A stretch of 64,000 bases of DNA from Bacteroidota bacterium (GTDB taxonomy: Bacteria; Bacteroidota; Bacteroidia; B-17B0; Aurantibacillaceae), in NCBI GenBank assembly GCA_038327195.1, contig JBBQKU010000012.1, positions 38,401 through 102,400 of the forward strand, in the 5' to 3' direction. Both the position numbers and the translations under genes were made by a program. Of this stretch, positions 16,644-26,374 are shown piece by piece (the first letter of the stretch is position 1; every line of letters begins with the position of its first letter). The notes beneath the pieces are model-generated. The model worked only from the letters and a program-made list of their open reading frames with translations, searched no databases and was not told the DNA's origin.

Positions 16644-18296
16644 ATGACAAACAAAAATCAAAAACGATACATACCTGCTGATGGATTAGCAGGATTAAAA
16701 GAAAATTTTTCAAAAGATGCTCTATCAGGATTTCTAGTATTCCTATTAGCATTACCACTAAGTTTAGGTATTGCAAAGGCATCTGATTTTCCAGCAATTT
16801 TCGGATTAGTATCAGCTATCATTGGCGGAGTTGTGGTTAGCTTTTTTGCTGGTTCTCGTCTAACCATTAAAGGTCCTGCTGCTGGTTTAATTGCGATTTG
16901 TGGTGGAGCTATTGCTGCTTTTGGTGGTGGAGATACAGGTTGGCATTTAGCATTAGGTGCTATTGTGGTTGCTGGTATCGTTCAAATATTATTTGGAGTA
17001 TTTAAATTAGGAAAATTAGCCGATTTTTTTCCTGGAGCTGCTATCCACGGTATGCTTGCCGCCATTGGAATTATCATTATGTCAAAACAAATACATACGT
17101 TATTAGGTATTGATCCTAAGTTTTTAAAAGGGAAAGAACCTTTAGAATTATTAGCCATGATTCCAGAAAGTATTATGCATGAAAATGCACATATTGCTGA
17201 AATAGGAATTGCTTGCTTGTTAATATTAATAGGAATGAGTTTTGTGAAACACCAAAAATTAAAAAAGATACCAGCTCCTTTAATTGTATTAATTGTTGCT
17301 ATTCCTTTAGGGATTGTTTTAAACATTAAAACTGATGGGGCAATTTCTAATTTCTCTTTAGTTAAAATTGGAAGTATTTTTGAATCTTTCACAAACGGTT
17401 CAGTTATGAAAGGTGATTTTGTGAGTAGAGGTATTTTGAATGCAGATTTTTCAGCATTAAGTTCTCATGCTGGTGATTTTGCAATGTATGTTGTTTTATT
17501 TGCGTTAATTGGTAGTTTAGAATCATTATTGACCGCTAAAGCAATTGATGGCAGTGATCCATATAAACGCAAATCAGACTTTAATAAAGATTTAGTAGCT
17601 GTAGGTTTAGGGAACACAATTGCTGGCTTATTAGGTGCATTACCTATGATTAGTGAAGTTGCTCGTAGTTCGGCAAACGTTGGTAATGGTGCAAGAACAC
17701 GTTGGGCTAATTTTTTCCATGGCTTATTTTTATTATTAGCAGTTTTAGTAGCTGTTCCAATTATTGAAATGATACCAAATGCTGCTTTAGCGGCCATGTT
17801 AACTTTTGTTGGATTTAGACTTGCTCATCCAAAAGAATTTATTCATATGTTTCATATTGGTAAATCACAATTTGTTGTTTTTACAGCTACTGTTGTTGTA
17901 ACATTAGCTACTGATTTATTGGTTGGAGTTGGAACAGGTATTCTGTTGGAAATTATTGTTAATTTGATAAATGGTGCTTCTATTAATAATTTGTTTAAAT
18001 CTAATATCGTTTTAACAAAACAAAATGAAGAAGACTATACCTTGACAGTAAATGGTGGTTTAATGTTTACTAACATTTTAGGTTTTAAAAAAGTATTTGC
18101 AACATTACCTCAAGGTAAAAACATTACAATTGACGTTAGCGCTGCTAAAATAGTTGATCATACATCTATTTTAACTTTAAATAGTTTAGTTGAAGATTAC
18201 AAAGATGATGGTGGAACTATTAAAGTTGAGGGCTTTGAAAATCACAAACAACTTGGGCACGCTGCTACATCAACGCGAGTTTTGAAATTGAGCTAA
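16644..18296 (+). CDS. SulP-family inorganic anion transporter with C-terminal STAS domain
   Basis: GLKENFSKDALSGFLVFLLALPLSLGIA, EVARSSANVGNGARTR, and a ~110-aa C-terminal STAS-like domain. Confidence 0.85.
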   Translation: MTNKNQKRYIPADGLAGLKENFSKDALSGFLVFLLALPLSLGIAKASDFPAIFGLVSAIIGGVVVSFFAGSRLTIKGPAAGLIAICGGAIAAFGGGDTGWHLALGAIVVAGIVQILFGVFKLGKLADFFPGAAIHGMLAAIGIIIMSKQIHTLLGIDPKFLKGKEPLELLAMIPESIMHENAHIAEIGIACLLILIGMSFVKHQKLKKIPAPLIVLIVAIPLGIVLNIKTDGAISNFSLVKIGSIFESFTNGSVMKGDFVSRGILNADFSALSSHAGDFAMYVVLFALIGSLESLLTAKAIDGSDPYKRKSDFNKDLVAVGLGNTIAGLLGALPMISEVARSSANVGNGARTRWANFFHGLFLLLAVLVAVPIIEMIPNAALAAMLTFVGFRLAHPKEFIHMFHIGKSQFVVFTATVVVTLATDLLVGVGTGILLEIIVNLINGASINNLFKSNIVLTKQNEEDYTLTVNGGLMFTNILGFKKVFATLPQGKNITIDVSAAKIVDHTSILTLNSLVEDYKDDGGTIKVEGFENHKQLGHAATSTRVLKLS

Positions 18297-18418
18297 GGCT
18301 CTGAAAATCCTTGCTAAGTTTCAACTAATTAAGTGTTACTTTATTCCATAATTTTTTAGCACTAGTTAAGTTAAAACTTAGCAAGACCATTTTATTAAAC
18401 ATTTTTAAAAAATTAATT

Positions 18419-19759
18419 ATGAAAAACATAATAATAGTAATAATAGTTTTATTCATTTCAATAAATGGATTTGCCCAATTACCAAGTGTAAGATTTAAAG
18501 ATGGCCTAAAAATTTATCTGAGTGATGATAGTGTTCGTTATATTAAAGGTACAGGTTTAGCACAAGTATGGTTAAGATATAATGATAATAATCCTGGTTC
18601 CACAATATATGGTACTCCAAAAAAAGAAACATTTGATGTTGGTTTAAGGCGGGTAAGATATCAAATCATGGGACAAGTTAATAAAAAGACTTTTTTCTAT
18701 ACTCAATTTGGTATTAATAGTTTTAATAGCTTATCCGCAAGAAAATCTCCTTTATTTTTTCATGATGTTACTGCAGAATACAGCGTTTTCAAAAATTTTT
18801 TAACTGTAGGAGGAGGTTTAAATGGATGGAATGGAACTTCTCGTTATTCTTCATCAGGTGTAGGTAATATTTTATGTCTCGATTTGCCAGTAATAGAGGA
18901 AACAATGAATGATGTTACTGACCAATTTGTTAGAAAATTAGGTGTTTATGCTAAAGGGAAAATTAAGAGATTTGACTATCGTTTAGCAGCGGCAAACCCT
19001 TTTCCTGTTCAAAATGCGCTAACTACAATTGCAACATTACCTGCAACAGGAACAAATACTGCTTATTATTCTACCAAAGCACCTGAATTGCAATATCAAG
19101 GATATTTTATGTGGCAGTTTTTAGATAAAGAAAGTAATCAATTACCATATATGACTGGATCTTATTTAGGAAAAAAAAGAGTGTTTAATATTGGCTCTGG
19201 ATTCACATATCAAAAAAATGCAATGTGGTACAGAAATGCAATTGGCGATACTATCTCAAAACCATTGCAACAATTTGCAGTTGACGTATTTTTAGATTAT
19301 TATTTAAATAAAGAAAAACAAAATGCAGTTACTGCATATTGTGCATTTCTTAACTATGATTTTGGGCCTAATTATATTCGTAATGCAGGGGCAATGAATA
19401 CCGCAAATGGTACAAATAGTTCTGCAAGTTTTAATGGTGCTGGAAATTCTGCACCATTAATAGGAACTGGTCAAGTAATATTTGGACAAGCAGCTTATTT
19501 ATTTAAAAAAGATTTATTAGGCAAGGAAGGAACATTGCAACCCTATGTATCTGGATCTTACGCAAGTTATCAAAAGTTAAAAGATCCTGTATTGATTTAT
19601 AATATCGGATTGAATTGGATTATGAGTGGACAAAATTCTAAGCTATCTTTAGATTATCAAAGTCGCCCAATTTTCAATACGGATAGTAATGGAGAGATAC
19701 ATGAAACTAAAAATGCTAGACGAGGACAAATTGTTTTACAATATCAAATCGCATTTTAA
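18419..19759 (+). CDS. Outer-membrane porin (beta-barrel; possibly anion-selective, family not resolved)
   Basis: Signal peptide; strand periodicity; C-terminal beta-signal ...IVLQYQIAF. Confidence 0.6.
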   Translation: MKNIIIVIIVLFISINGFAQLPSVRFKDGLKIYLSDDSVRYIKGTGLAQVWLRYNDNNPGSTIYGTPKKETFDVGLRRVRYQIMGQVNKKTFFYTQFGINSFNSLSARKSPLFFHDVTAEYSVFKNFLTVGGGLNGWNGTSRYSSSGVGNILCLDLPVIEETMNDVTDQFVRKLGVYAKGKIKRFDYRLAAANPFPVQNALTTIATLPATGTNTAYYSTKAPELQYQGYFMWQFLDKESNQLPYMTGSYLGKKRVFNIGSGFTYQKNAMWYRNAIGDTISKPLQQFAVDVFLDYYLNKEKQNAVTAYCAFLNYDFGPNYIRNAGAMNTANGTNSSASFNGAGNSAPLIGTGQVIFGQAAYLFKKDLLGKEGTLQPYVSGSYASYQKLKDPVLIYNIGLNWIMSGQNSKLSLDYQSRPIFNTDSNGEIHETKNARRGQIVLQYQIAF

Positions 19760-19790
19760 TTAAAATTTTTTTTATATTAGAAATAAACTT

Positions 19791-22292
19791 ATGAGTATAC
19801 ATAAAACAAATAATGGTTTTGATGAGCATGAAATCCTTCATGACCTAAAACATTATTTACCTGCGCAAGCACCGTTAAAAGATTTTATTCATCATAATAC
19901 GTTACATGCATTTCAAAATTTAAAATTTGACCATGCAATTCGTAAAGCATCTAAAATGTTTGGCTATACTGTTTCATTGCCTTTATCCGATTTTAGGGAT
20001 TTATATAAATCGAAACGAATTGTACATGAAAATCTTGAAAAAATAATTATTGAAAAAAAAGGTAAAGAGCATTTGTCGGAATGGCTAAATAAAGTTTTAG
20101 TTAAAGATTATGACACATCTACTTCACCAAAAATCGGTAATCTTCGATCCAACTGGAAATCTCAATACCGAATTAATTTAGATTCAGTAACACATCCAAA
20201 ACTATTTAGAATTTTATGTAGTTACCTTGATCAAGGAATTTCTATTTGGAAATTTCCAGTTCATGAAAAAGGCTTTTTAACTTCCTTAAGAGAAATCGAG
20301 AAAAATAGTTTATCTAGTATATTTAAATCAGAAAGAGTTCGTGAATTATTTTTAAACACACGATGTGAAATTGAAAGTTTATTAGATATTTTAGTTGGTA
20401 ATGATTCGTTATATAAACAATATATTTTTGACCAACAATTTGCTCACCAAGGATGGAGTGGAATGGTTTCAGCTATTGAAGACCAACCAGAAACATTATT
20501 AGATCCAAAGAAAATATCTGTTCAAGAATTAATAATTTTAGAATGCTTATTAGAAATTGACACGCTTGATAATAAGTTTGGTGAAAACTGGACACCATTG
20601 GTAAATAAATTAGTAGAAATGCCTGATGATTTATTTTCAGATGTTGAAGTCACAGAATTGAGTGATGTTTTATTTATTTGGCAAAACGCATATGAGTGGA
20701 GTTATTATGATGGTGTGTTAAGTGGTTTACAATTAATAAAAAAAGAGGATAATAAAATATCTCAAAAAAGTTTTCAAGCTATGTTTTGTATTGATGATAG
20801 AGAATGTTCTATTCGAAGATATATTGAAGATAACGATAGTCATTGCGAAACGTTTGGTACGCCTGGTTTTTTTGGAGTGGAATTTTATTTTAAACCAGAA
20901 CATGGCAAATTTTACAGTAAACTTTGTCCAGCACCAGTAACACCAAAATTTTTAATTAAAGAGATCGACACAAAAAATAAGCGAAAAAAAGATGCTCATT
21001 TTACAAATCAATCCCATTCTTTATTACGAGGTTCAATTATTTCTCAAACTCTAGGTTTTTGGTCAGCATTTAGATTATTTCTAAATATATTCAGACCCAC
21101 AATGAGTCCAGCAACAGCATCTTCATTTAATCATATGGATCAATTTTCTAAATTGACTATAGAGAATACAAATTTAAATGATAAAGAAAATGAATTGCAA
21201 ATTGGATTTACTATTGAAGAAATGGCTAATCGAGTTGAGGCGTTATTAAAAAGTATAGGATTAATAAAAGATTTTGCTCCCCTAGTTTATGTTGTAGGTC
21301 ATGGTTCAAGTAGTGTTAATAATCCTCATTATGCGGGATATGATTGTGGCGCTTGCTCAGGTAGACCAGGCTCAGTAAATGCCCGAGTAATAAGTTTCAT
21401 GGCAAATAAAAAAGAAGTTAGAGATATTTTATTTCATAGAGGAATTATTATTCCTGAAACAACACAGTTTTTAGGTGGTTTACATGATACATCTCGTGAT
21501 GATATTAGTTTTTTTGATGAAAGTTCGTTGTCACAATTGAACGCGAGTTATCATAAGAAAAATGAGCACGTATTTTCTATAGCACTTGATTCAAATGCGA
21601 AAGAACGTTCACGAAGATTAGTTTCAATAGATACAACTTTAACGCCAAAACAAATACACGAAAAGGTACGTACTCGTTCAGTTTCAATTTTCGAACCACG
21701 TCCAGAATTAAATCACGCAACCAATGCATTATGTATTGTAGGAGGAAGAGATTTTACAAAAGGTTTATTTTTAGATAGGCGTTCGTTTATGAATTCGTAT
21801 AATTATAAAATAGATTTGGATGGAAAAATATTAACAAATATCATGAAACCGCTAGGTCCTGTTTGTGGTGGTATTAATTTAGAATATTTTTTCTCAAGAG
21901 TTGATAATCAAAAATTAGGGGCTGGGACTAAATTACCTCATAATGTTATGGGTCTTTTTGGTGTAGCAAATGGTATTGATGGAGATTTAAGGCCAGGTTT
22001 ACCAAGCCAAATGATTGAAGTTCACGATCCAGTTCGTCTATTAATTATTGTAGAGCATTTTCCAGAAGTTGTTTTAAATACAATTAAATCAGTAGATGCA
22101 ATGTACGAATGGTTTATAAATGAGTGGATTAATTTAGTTGCAATCAATCCAGAAACACAACAAATTAATTTATTTAAAGAAGGAAAATTTATTCCTTATG
22201 AGCCTATCAAACAAAAAGTGGATACAGTTTCTGATATAACCCCCATTTTAGAATCTACTTTAGATAATATCCCAGTTTACTTAATTAAATAA
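19791..22292 (+). CDS. dabA: DabA, DUF2309-family subunit of the DAB inorganic-carbon pump
   Basis: 833 aa. N-terminal LP.Q.PL..FIHHNTLH motif. beta-CA-like ligand set conserved: C333-x-D335 (FCIDDREC) and H504/C519 (VVGHGSSSVNNPHYAGYDCGAC). Directly followed by a NuoL/ND5-like membrane subunit. Confidence 0.85.
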   Translation: MSIHKTNNGFDEHEILHDLKHYLPAQAPLKDFIHHNTLHAFQNLKFDHAIRKASKMFGYTVSLPLSDFRDLYKSKRIVHENLEKIIIEKKGKEHLSEWLNKVLVKDYDTSTSPKIGNLRSNWKSQYRINLDSVTHPKLFRILCSYLDQGISIWKFPVHEKGFLTSLREIEKNSLSSIFKSERVRELFLNTRCEIESLLDILVGNDSLYKQYIFDQQFAHQGWSGMVSAIEDQPETLLDPKKISVQELIILECLLEIDTLDNKFGENWTPLVNKLVEMPDDLFSDVEVTELSDVLFIWQNAYEWSYYDGVLSGLQLIKKEDNKISQKSFQAMFCIDDRECSIRRYIEDNDSHCETFGTPGFFGVEFYFKPEHGKFYSKLCPAPVTPKFLIKEIDTKNKRKKDAHFTNQSHSLLRGSIISQTLGFWSAFRLFLNIFRPTMSPATASSFNHMDQFSKLTIENTNLNDKENELQIGFTIEEMANRVEALLKSIGLIKDFAPLVYVVGHGSSSVNNPHYAGYDCGACSGRPGSVNARVISFMANKKEVRDILFHRGIIIPETTQFLGGLHDTSRDDISFFDESSLSQLNASYHKKNEHVFSIALDSNAKERSRRLVSIDTTLTPKQIHEKVRTRSVSIFEPRPELNHATNALCIVGGRDFTKGLFLDRRSFMNSYNYKIDLDGKILTNIMKPLGPVCGGINLEYFFSRVDNQKLGAGTKLPHNVMGLFGVANGIDGDLRPGLPSQMIEVHDPVRLLIIVEHFPEVVLNTIKSVDAMYEWFINEWINLVAINPETQQINLFKEGKFIPYEPIKQKVDTVSDITPILESTLDNIPVYLIK

Positions 22293-22302
22293 AAATACTT
22301 TT

Positions 22303-24168
22303 ATGCAATCTATCATTCAATATTTTATTTTACTTCCTTTAATAGGATATATTATAAGCATTCTCATTCCTCGTAAAAGTGAGAAATTAATTTCTAATAG
22401 TGCAATCTATATTGTTGGATTACATTTCATAAGCTTTGTTGTTTTTGTTGGATATTGGCTTTTAAATGGGCATATTACAATTGACTTTAAAAATATTGTA
22501 ATATATAAAACCACCAATTACGAATTTTTTATTGATTTCTTTTTCGATAAAATAACAGTTGTTTATATGTTAGTTGGCTCGTTTCTAACATTTTTAGTTA
22601 CAATTTACTGCAGTTATTATTTACATAGAGAACAAGGTTATAAACGTTTTTTTAATACAATCATGCTATTTTATTTAGGCTATAACATTACTATATTTTC
22701 AGGTAATTTGGAAACCTTATTTGTTGGTTGGGAAATTTTAGGTATATCTTCATTTTTATTAATTGCCTTTTACCGTGATCGTTATTTACCTGTTAAAAAT
22801 GCCTTTAAAGTATTCTCAATTTATCGATTAGGTGATGTTGGTTTAATACTAGCAATGTGGATGAGTCATCATCTATTTCATGAAAACATTACTTTTTTTC
22901 AATTACAAAATGATGAGTTAGTTAGCACTCATTTAGAGAACCATAGTATTATTGGTATTTTCGTTGCGGTTATGATTCTTATAACAGCAGCTGCAAAATC
23001 TGCACAATTGCCTTTTTCATCATGGTTACCAAGAGCTATGGAAGGGCCAACACCTTCTAGTGCTATTTTTTATGGTTCACTATCAGTGCATTTAGGTGTA
23101 TTTTTAATGCTCAGAACTTTTGAATTATGGGAGCATCAAACGTCTGTGAGAGTTTTAATTGGCTTATTAGGTTTAACAACTAGTATAGTTGCAACAGGTA
23201 TAGCAAGAGTTCAATCATCTGTAAAAAGTCAAATTGCATATTCTTCAATATCTCAAATTGGATTAATATTTATTGAGTTGGCTTTCGGTTTAGAAACTTT
23301 AGCATTAATACATTTTGCTGGAAATGCTTTTTTAAGAACTTATCAATTATTAGTATCACCTTCAACAGTAAGTTATTTAATTAGAGAGCAGTTTTATAAT
23401 TTTGTACCTAGACCTAAATCATTAGAGGATTCGTTTTCAAAAAAAATCAAATACACTTTTTATATTCTTTGTTTAAAGGAATTTAATTTGGATACAGTTA
23501 TGTTCAAATTATGGCGCCCATTAAAGGTGATGGGAAGAAGTCTTAATTTTGTTAATGCAAAAAATATTTTATTTTATTTTATTCCAGCTTATATTATCGG
23601 TTTAATTTGTTTGTATTATGAAAGTTTAATCCCAGAACAAATTCATCATTTTTTACCTACATTATTTTCATTTATTGGATTTGTTATGGTTTTAAAATCT
23701 TATACGGAAAGAAAAAATGTTCACATGGCATGGATTTTAATAATAATGAATCATTTTTGGATAGCACTTGCCATTTCGTTTAATGAACATTATGTATATA
23801 CACAATCACTTCTTTATTTAAGTGGAATAGTATTTATGGGATCTATTGGATTCATAACCATACAAAAATTAAAAACATTAGAAAGTCAAGTAGATTTGAA
23901 TCAATTTAACGGGCATTCTTATGATCATCCAAAATTAGCATTTGTTTTTTTATTATCATGTTTAGGTTTAACAGGATTTCCTATTACACCAACATTTATT
24001 GGAGAAGATATAATTTTCACACACATTCATGAGGATCAAGTTGCATTAGCTTTTTTTACAGCATCAAGTTTAATTATTGATGGAATTGCAGCTATAAGAA
24101 TATACGCCAGGGTGTTTTTAGGCCCTCATATAAAAACAAACCATGCAAGTGCATATAAATCTTCTTAA
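22303..24168 (+). CDS. dabB: DabB, proton-conducting NuoL/MnhA(ND5)-like membrane subunit of the DAB complex
   Basis: Polytopic. Motifs LFVGWE.LG.SS.LLI.F, RLGD.G, AA.KSAQ.PFS.WLP.AMEGPTP.SA..Y typical of Proton_antipo_M proteins. Adjacent to dabA. Confidence 0.85.
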   Translation: MQSIIQYFILLPLIGYIISILIPRKSEKLISNSAIYIVGLHFISFVVFVGYWLLNGHITIDFKNIVIYKTTNYEFFIDFFFDKITVVYMLVGSFLTFLVTIYCSYYLHREQGYKRFFNTIMLFYLGYNITIFSGNLETLFVGWEILGISSFLLIAFYRDRYLPVKNAFKVFSIYRLGDVGLILAMWMSHHLFHENITFFQLQNDELVSTHLENHSIIGIFVAVMILITAAAKSAQLPFSSWLPRAMEGPTPSSAIFYGSLSVHLGVFLMLRTFELWEHQTSVRVLIGLLGLTTSIVATGIARVQSSVKSQIAYSSISQIGLIFIELAFGLETLALIHFAGNAFLRTYQLLVSPSTVSYLIREQFYNFVPRPKSLEDSFSKKIKYTFYILCLKEFNLDTVMFKLWRPLKVMGRSLNFVNAKNILFYFIPAYIIGLICLYYESLIPEQIHHFLPTLFSFIGFVMVLKSYTERKNVHMAWILIIMNHFWIALAISFNEHYVYTQSLLYLSGIVFMGSIGFITIQKLKTLESQVDLNQFNGHSYDHPKLAFVFLLSCLGLTGFPITPTFIGEDIIFTHIHEDQVALAFFTASSLIIDGIAAIRIYARVFLGPHIKTNHASAYKSS

Positions 24169-25558
24169 AAAGAAATATCATTTATCTAAAAAGGTAAGTG
24201 TTTATTCTATTCTTTTAATAGGACAAATGGTTTTTTCTCAAGAAAATATTTTAAATAAATCTAATAACATCATAGTTGATAGTTTAAAAAAAAGCAAATG
24301 GTTTACTTTACATGCCCAAGAAACTACTGTAAGCCAGTTTAGACCAAAGTTTAATGCCTCGTATTCTGGAGCACATAGTCAAATACCAATTGATGAATGG
24401 GGAACGACTATTACAAGTACTATTTATTTAGGTTTAAAATTATGGAACAATGCACAAGTTGTTATTAATCCTGAAATTGCTGGTGGACACGGATTGTCGT
24501 TTGCATACGGTATAGCCGCGTTTACAAATGGTGAAGCGTTTAGAGTAGGTAATCCAGATCCAACATTTTATTTGGCTAGAGGCTGTTTTAAGCAAATAAT
24601 TCCATTAACAAAAGATAAAGAATGGCAAGTAGAAGGAGAAAATAAATTAGCGCAATACATTCCTACAAAATATTTTGCAATTACTGTTGGGAAGGTTTCA
24701 ATAGCAGATTATTTCGACGATAATTCTTTTTCACATAATCCTCGCACGCAATTTTTAAGTTGGGGTTTAATGAGTAACGGAGCATGGGATTATCCAGCAA
24801 ACACAAGAGGCTATACGCCAAGTATTGTTGCTGAATATATTGCACAAAAATGGGAAATTCGTTATGCTATAAGTATGATGCCAAATACTGCTAATGGAAA
24901 TATTATGGATAAAAATATTGCAAAGGCGAATGCTAATTCGTTTGAAATAAAATATAAATACAAAATAAATAGTCAACAAGGTAAAATTAGTGCTATTGCG
25001 TTTTATAATACAGCATTGATGGGAAGTTATACGGCCCAAAATATTTTGCAAATACCCGACTCAATAAATTCTGGTTCTTTTGTAAATAATTATTCTATTA
25101 TTGCAAGTCGTCAATATGGAAGAAGTAAATATGGCTTCGGATTAAATATTGAACAAAATCTAAATGATAATATTGGCGTTTTTGCTCGCGCTTCATACAA
25201 TGATGGGAAAAATGAAACTTGGTGTTTTACAGAAATTGATAGAGCTTTTAGCATGGGAGCATCAATCAAGGGAATCAAATGGAAACGTAAAAATGATGTT
25301 TTAGGTTTTGCTTATTGCATTTCTGGATTATCAAGCGAACACGCTGATTATTTATCAAAAGGCGGATTAGGATTTATACTTGGAGATGGGAAATTAAATT
25401 ATAATAACGAACATCTATTCGAATCATTTTATAGTGCATCTTTGTTTGATGGGAAAATTACACCTTCCATAGTTTATCAATTTGTAGCAAATCCTGCTTA
25501 TAATAAAGACCGTGGACCAATAAATATTTATTCAATAAGATTACATATTTCAATATAA
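24143..25558 (+). CDS. Outer-membrane porin, carbohydrate-selective OprB-like
   Basis: Signal peptide (…SILLIGQMVFSQ), beta-strand periodicity, motif FLSWGLMSNGAWDYPA. The annotated start overlaps dabB by 26 nt, so the exact start is uncertain. Confidence 0.5.
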   Translation: MQVHINLLKKKYHLSKKVSVYSILLIGQMVFSQENILNKSNNIIVDSLKKSKWFTLHAQETTVSQFRPKFNASYSGAHSQIPIDEWGTTITSTIYLGLKLWNNAQVVINPEIAGGHGLSFAYGIAAFTNGEAFRVGNPDPTFYLARGCFKQIIPLTKDKEWQVEGENKLAQYIPTKYFAITVGKVSIADYFDDNSFSHNPRTQFLSWGLMSNGAWDYPANTRGYTPSIVAEYIAQKWEIRYAISMMPNTANGNIMDKNIAKANANSFEIKYKYKINSQQGKISAIAFYNTALMGSYTAQNILQIPDSINSGSFVNNYSIIASRQYGRSKYGFGLNIEQNLNDNIGVFARASYNDGKNETWCFTEIDRAFSMGASIKGIKWKRKNDVLGFAYCISGLSSEHADYLSKGGLGFILGDGKLNYNNEHLFESFYSASLFDGKITPSIVYQFVANPAYNKDRGPINIYSIRLHISI

Positions 25559-25568
25559 TTTATAAATT

Positions 25569-26357
25569 ATGAAAACAAAAATCAAAACGTGTCTTTTTTT
25601 AATCAGTTCAGTTGTTTTTTTTCAGCAATGCGCTATAATCCGTCCTGGTGAAATTGGTATAAAACAAACGCTTGGAAAAATTAAAGGAAAGCCATTTGTG
25701 CAAGGTGTAAAATGGTATAATCCATTTTCGAGTAGAATAGTAAGGATAAATGTAAGAACTGTAGAATGTTTTAATACTTTGCCTTTACCTACTAAAGAAG
25801 GTTTAAGTGTAAATACCGAGATTAGTTTATTATATCACGTTAAGCCAGAAGCGGCTAATGATGTTTACTTAAAGTTTGGAGCTAATTATCAAGAAGTAAT
25901 GGTACTTAGTAATTTTAGAGCAACGGCTCGTGAAATTAGTGCACGATTTTACGCAAAAGAATTATATGCAACTGAGCGCGACAAAGTCGAAAAGGCAATT
26001 GCAGATGAGCTAAAATCAGATATTGAACAATATGGTTTTGTAGTCGATGCTGTATTACTAAAAGATATTATTCTTCCTCCTCAAATGGTACAAGCTATTC
26101 AAGACAAAGTTAATGCTGAGCAGGCAAGTTTAAAAATGGAATTTGTTATTACTCAACAACAAAAGGAAGCTGAAAGAAGAATAATAGAAGCACAAGGTAT
26201 TAAGACAGCCCAAGATATAATTAACTCATCTCTTACTGATAAATTATTACAATATAATCATATTGAAATGTTAAAAAGCTTGAGTAATTCTCCTAATGCT
26301 AAAATTATCATGACTGATGGTAAAGGGCCAGTTTTCACTTCAGATATTAAAAATTAA
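25569..26357 (+). CDS. SPFH/Band-7 (prohibitin/HflC-like) membrane-anchored protein
   Basis: N-terminal anchor (possible lipobox FFQQC). SPFH core (IRPGEIGIKQTLGKI ... VDAVLLKDIILPPQ..QAIQ) and a coiled-coil tail. Confidence 0.75.
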   Translation: MKTKIKTCLFLISSVVFFQQCAIIRPGEIGIKQTLGKIKGKPFVQGVKWYNPFSSRIVRINVRTVECFNTLPLPTKEGLSVNTEISLLYHVKPEAANDVYLKFGANYQEVMVLSNFRATAREISARFYAKELYATERDKVEKAIADELKSDIEQYGFVVDAVLLKDIILPPQMVQAIQDKVNAEQASLKMEFVITQQQKEAERRIIEAQGIKTAQDIINSSLTDKLLQYNHIEMLKSLSNSPNAKIIMTDGKGPVFTSDIKN

Positions 26358-26374
26358 TTATAGTCTCTTTTAAA

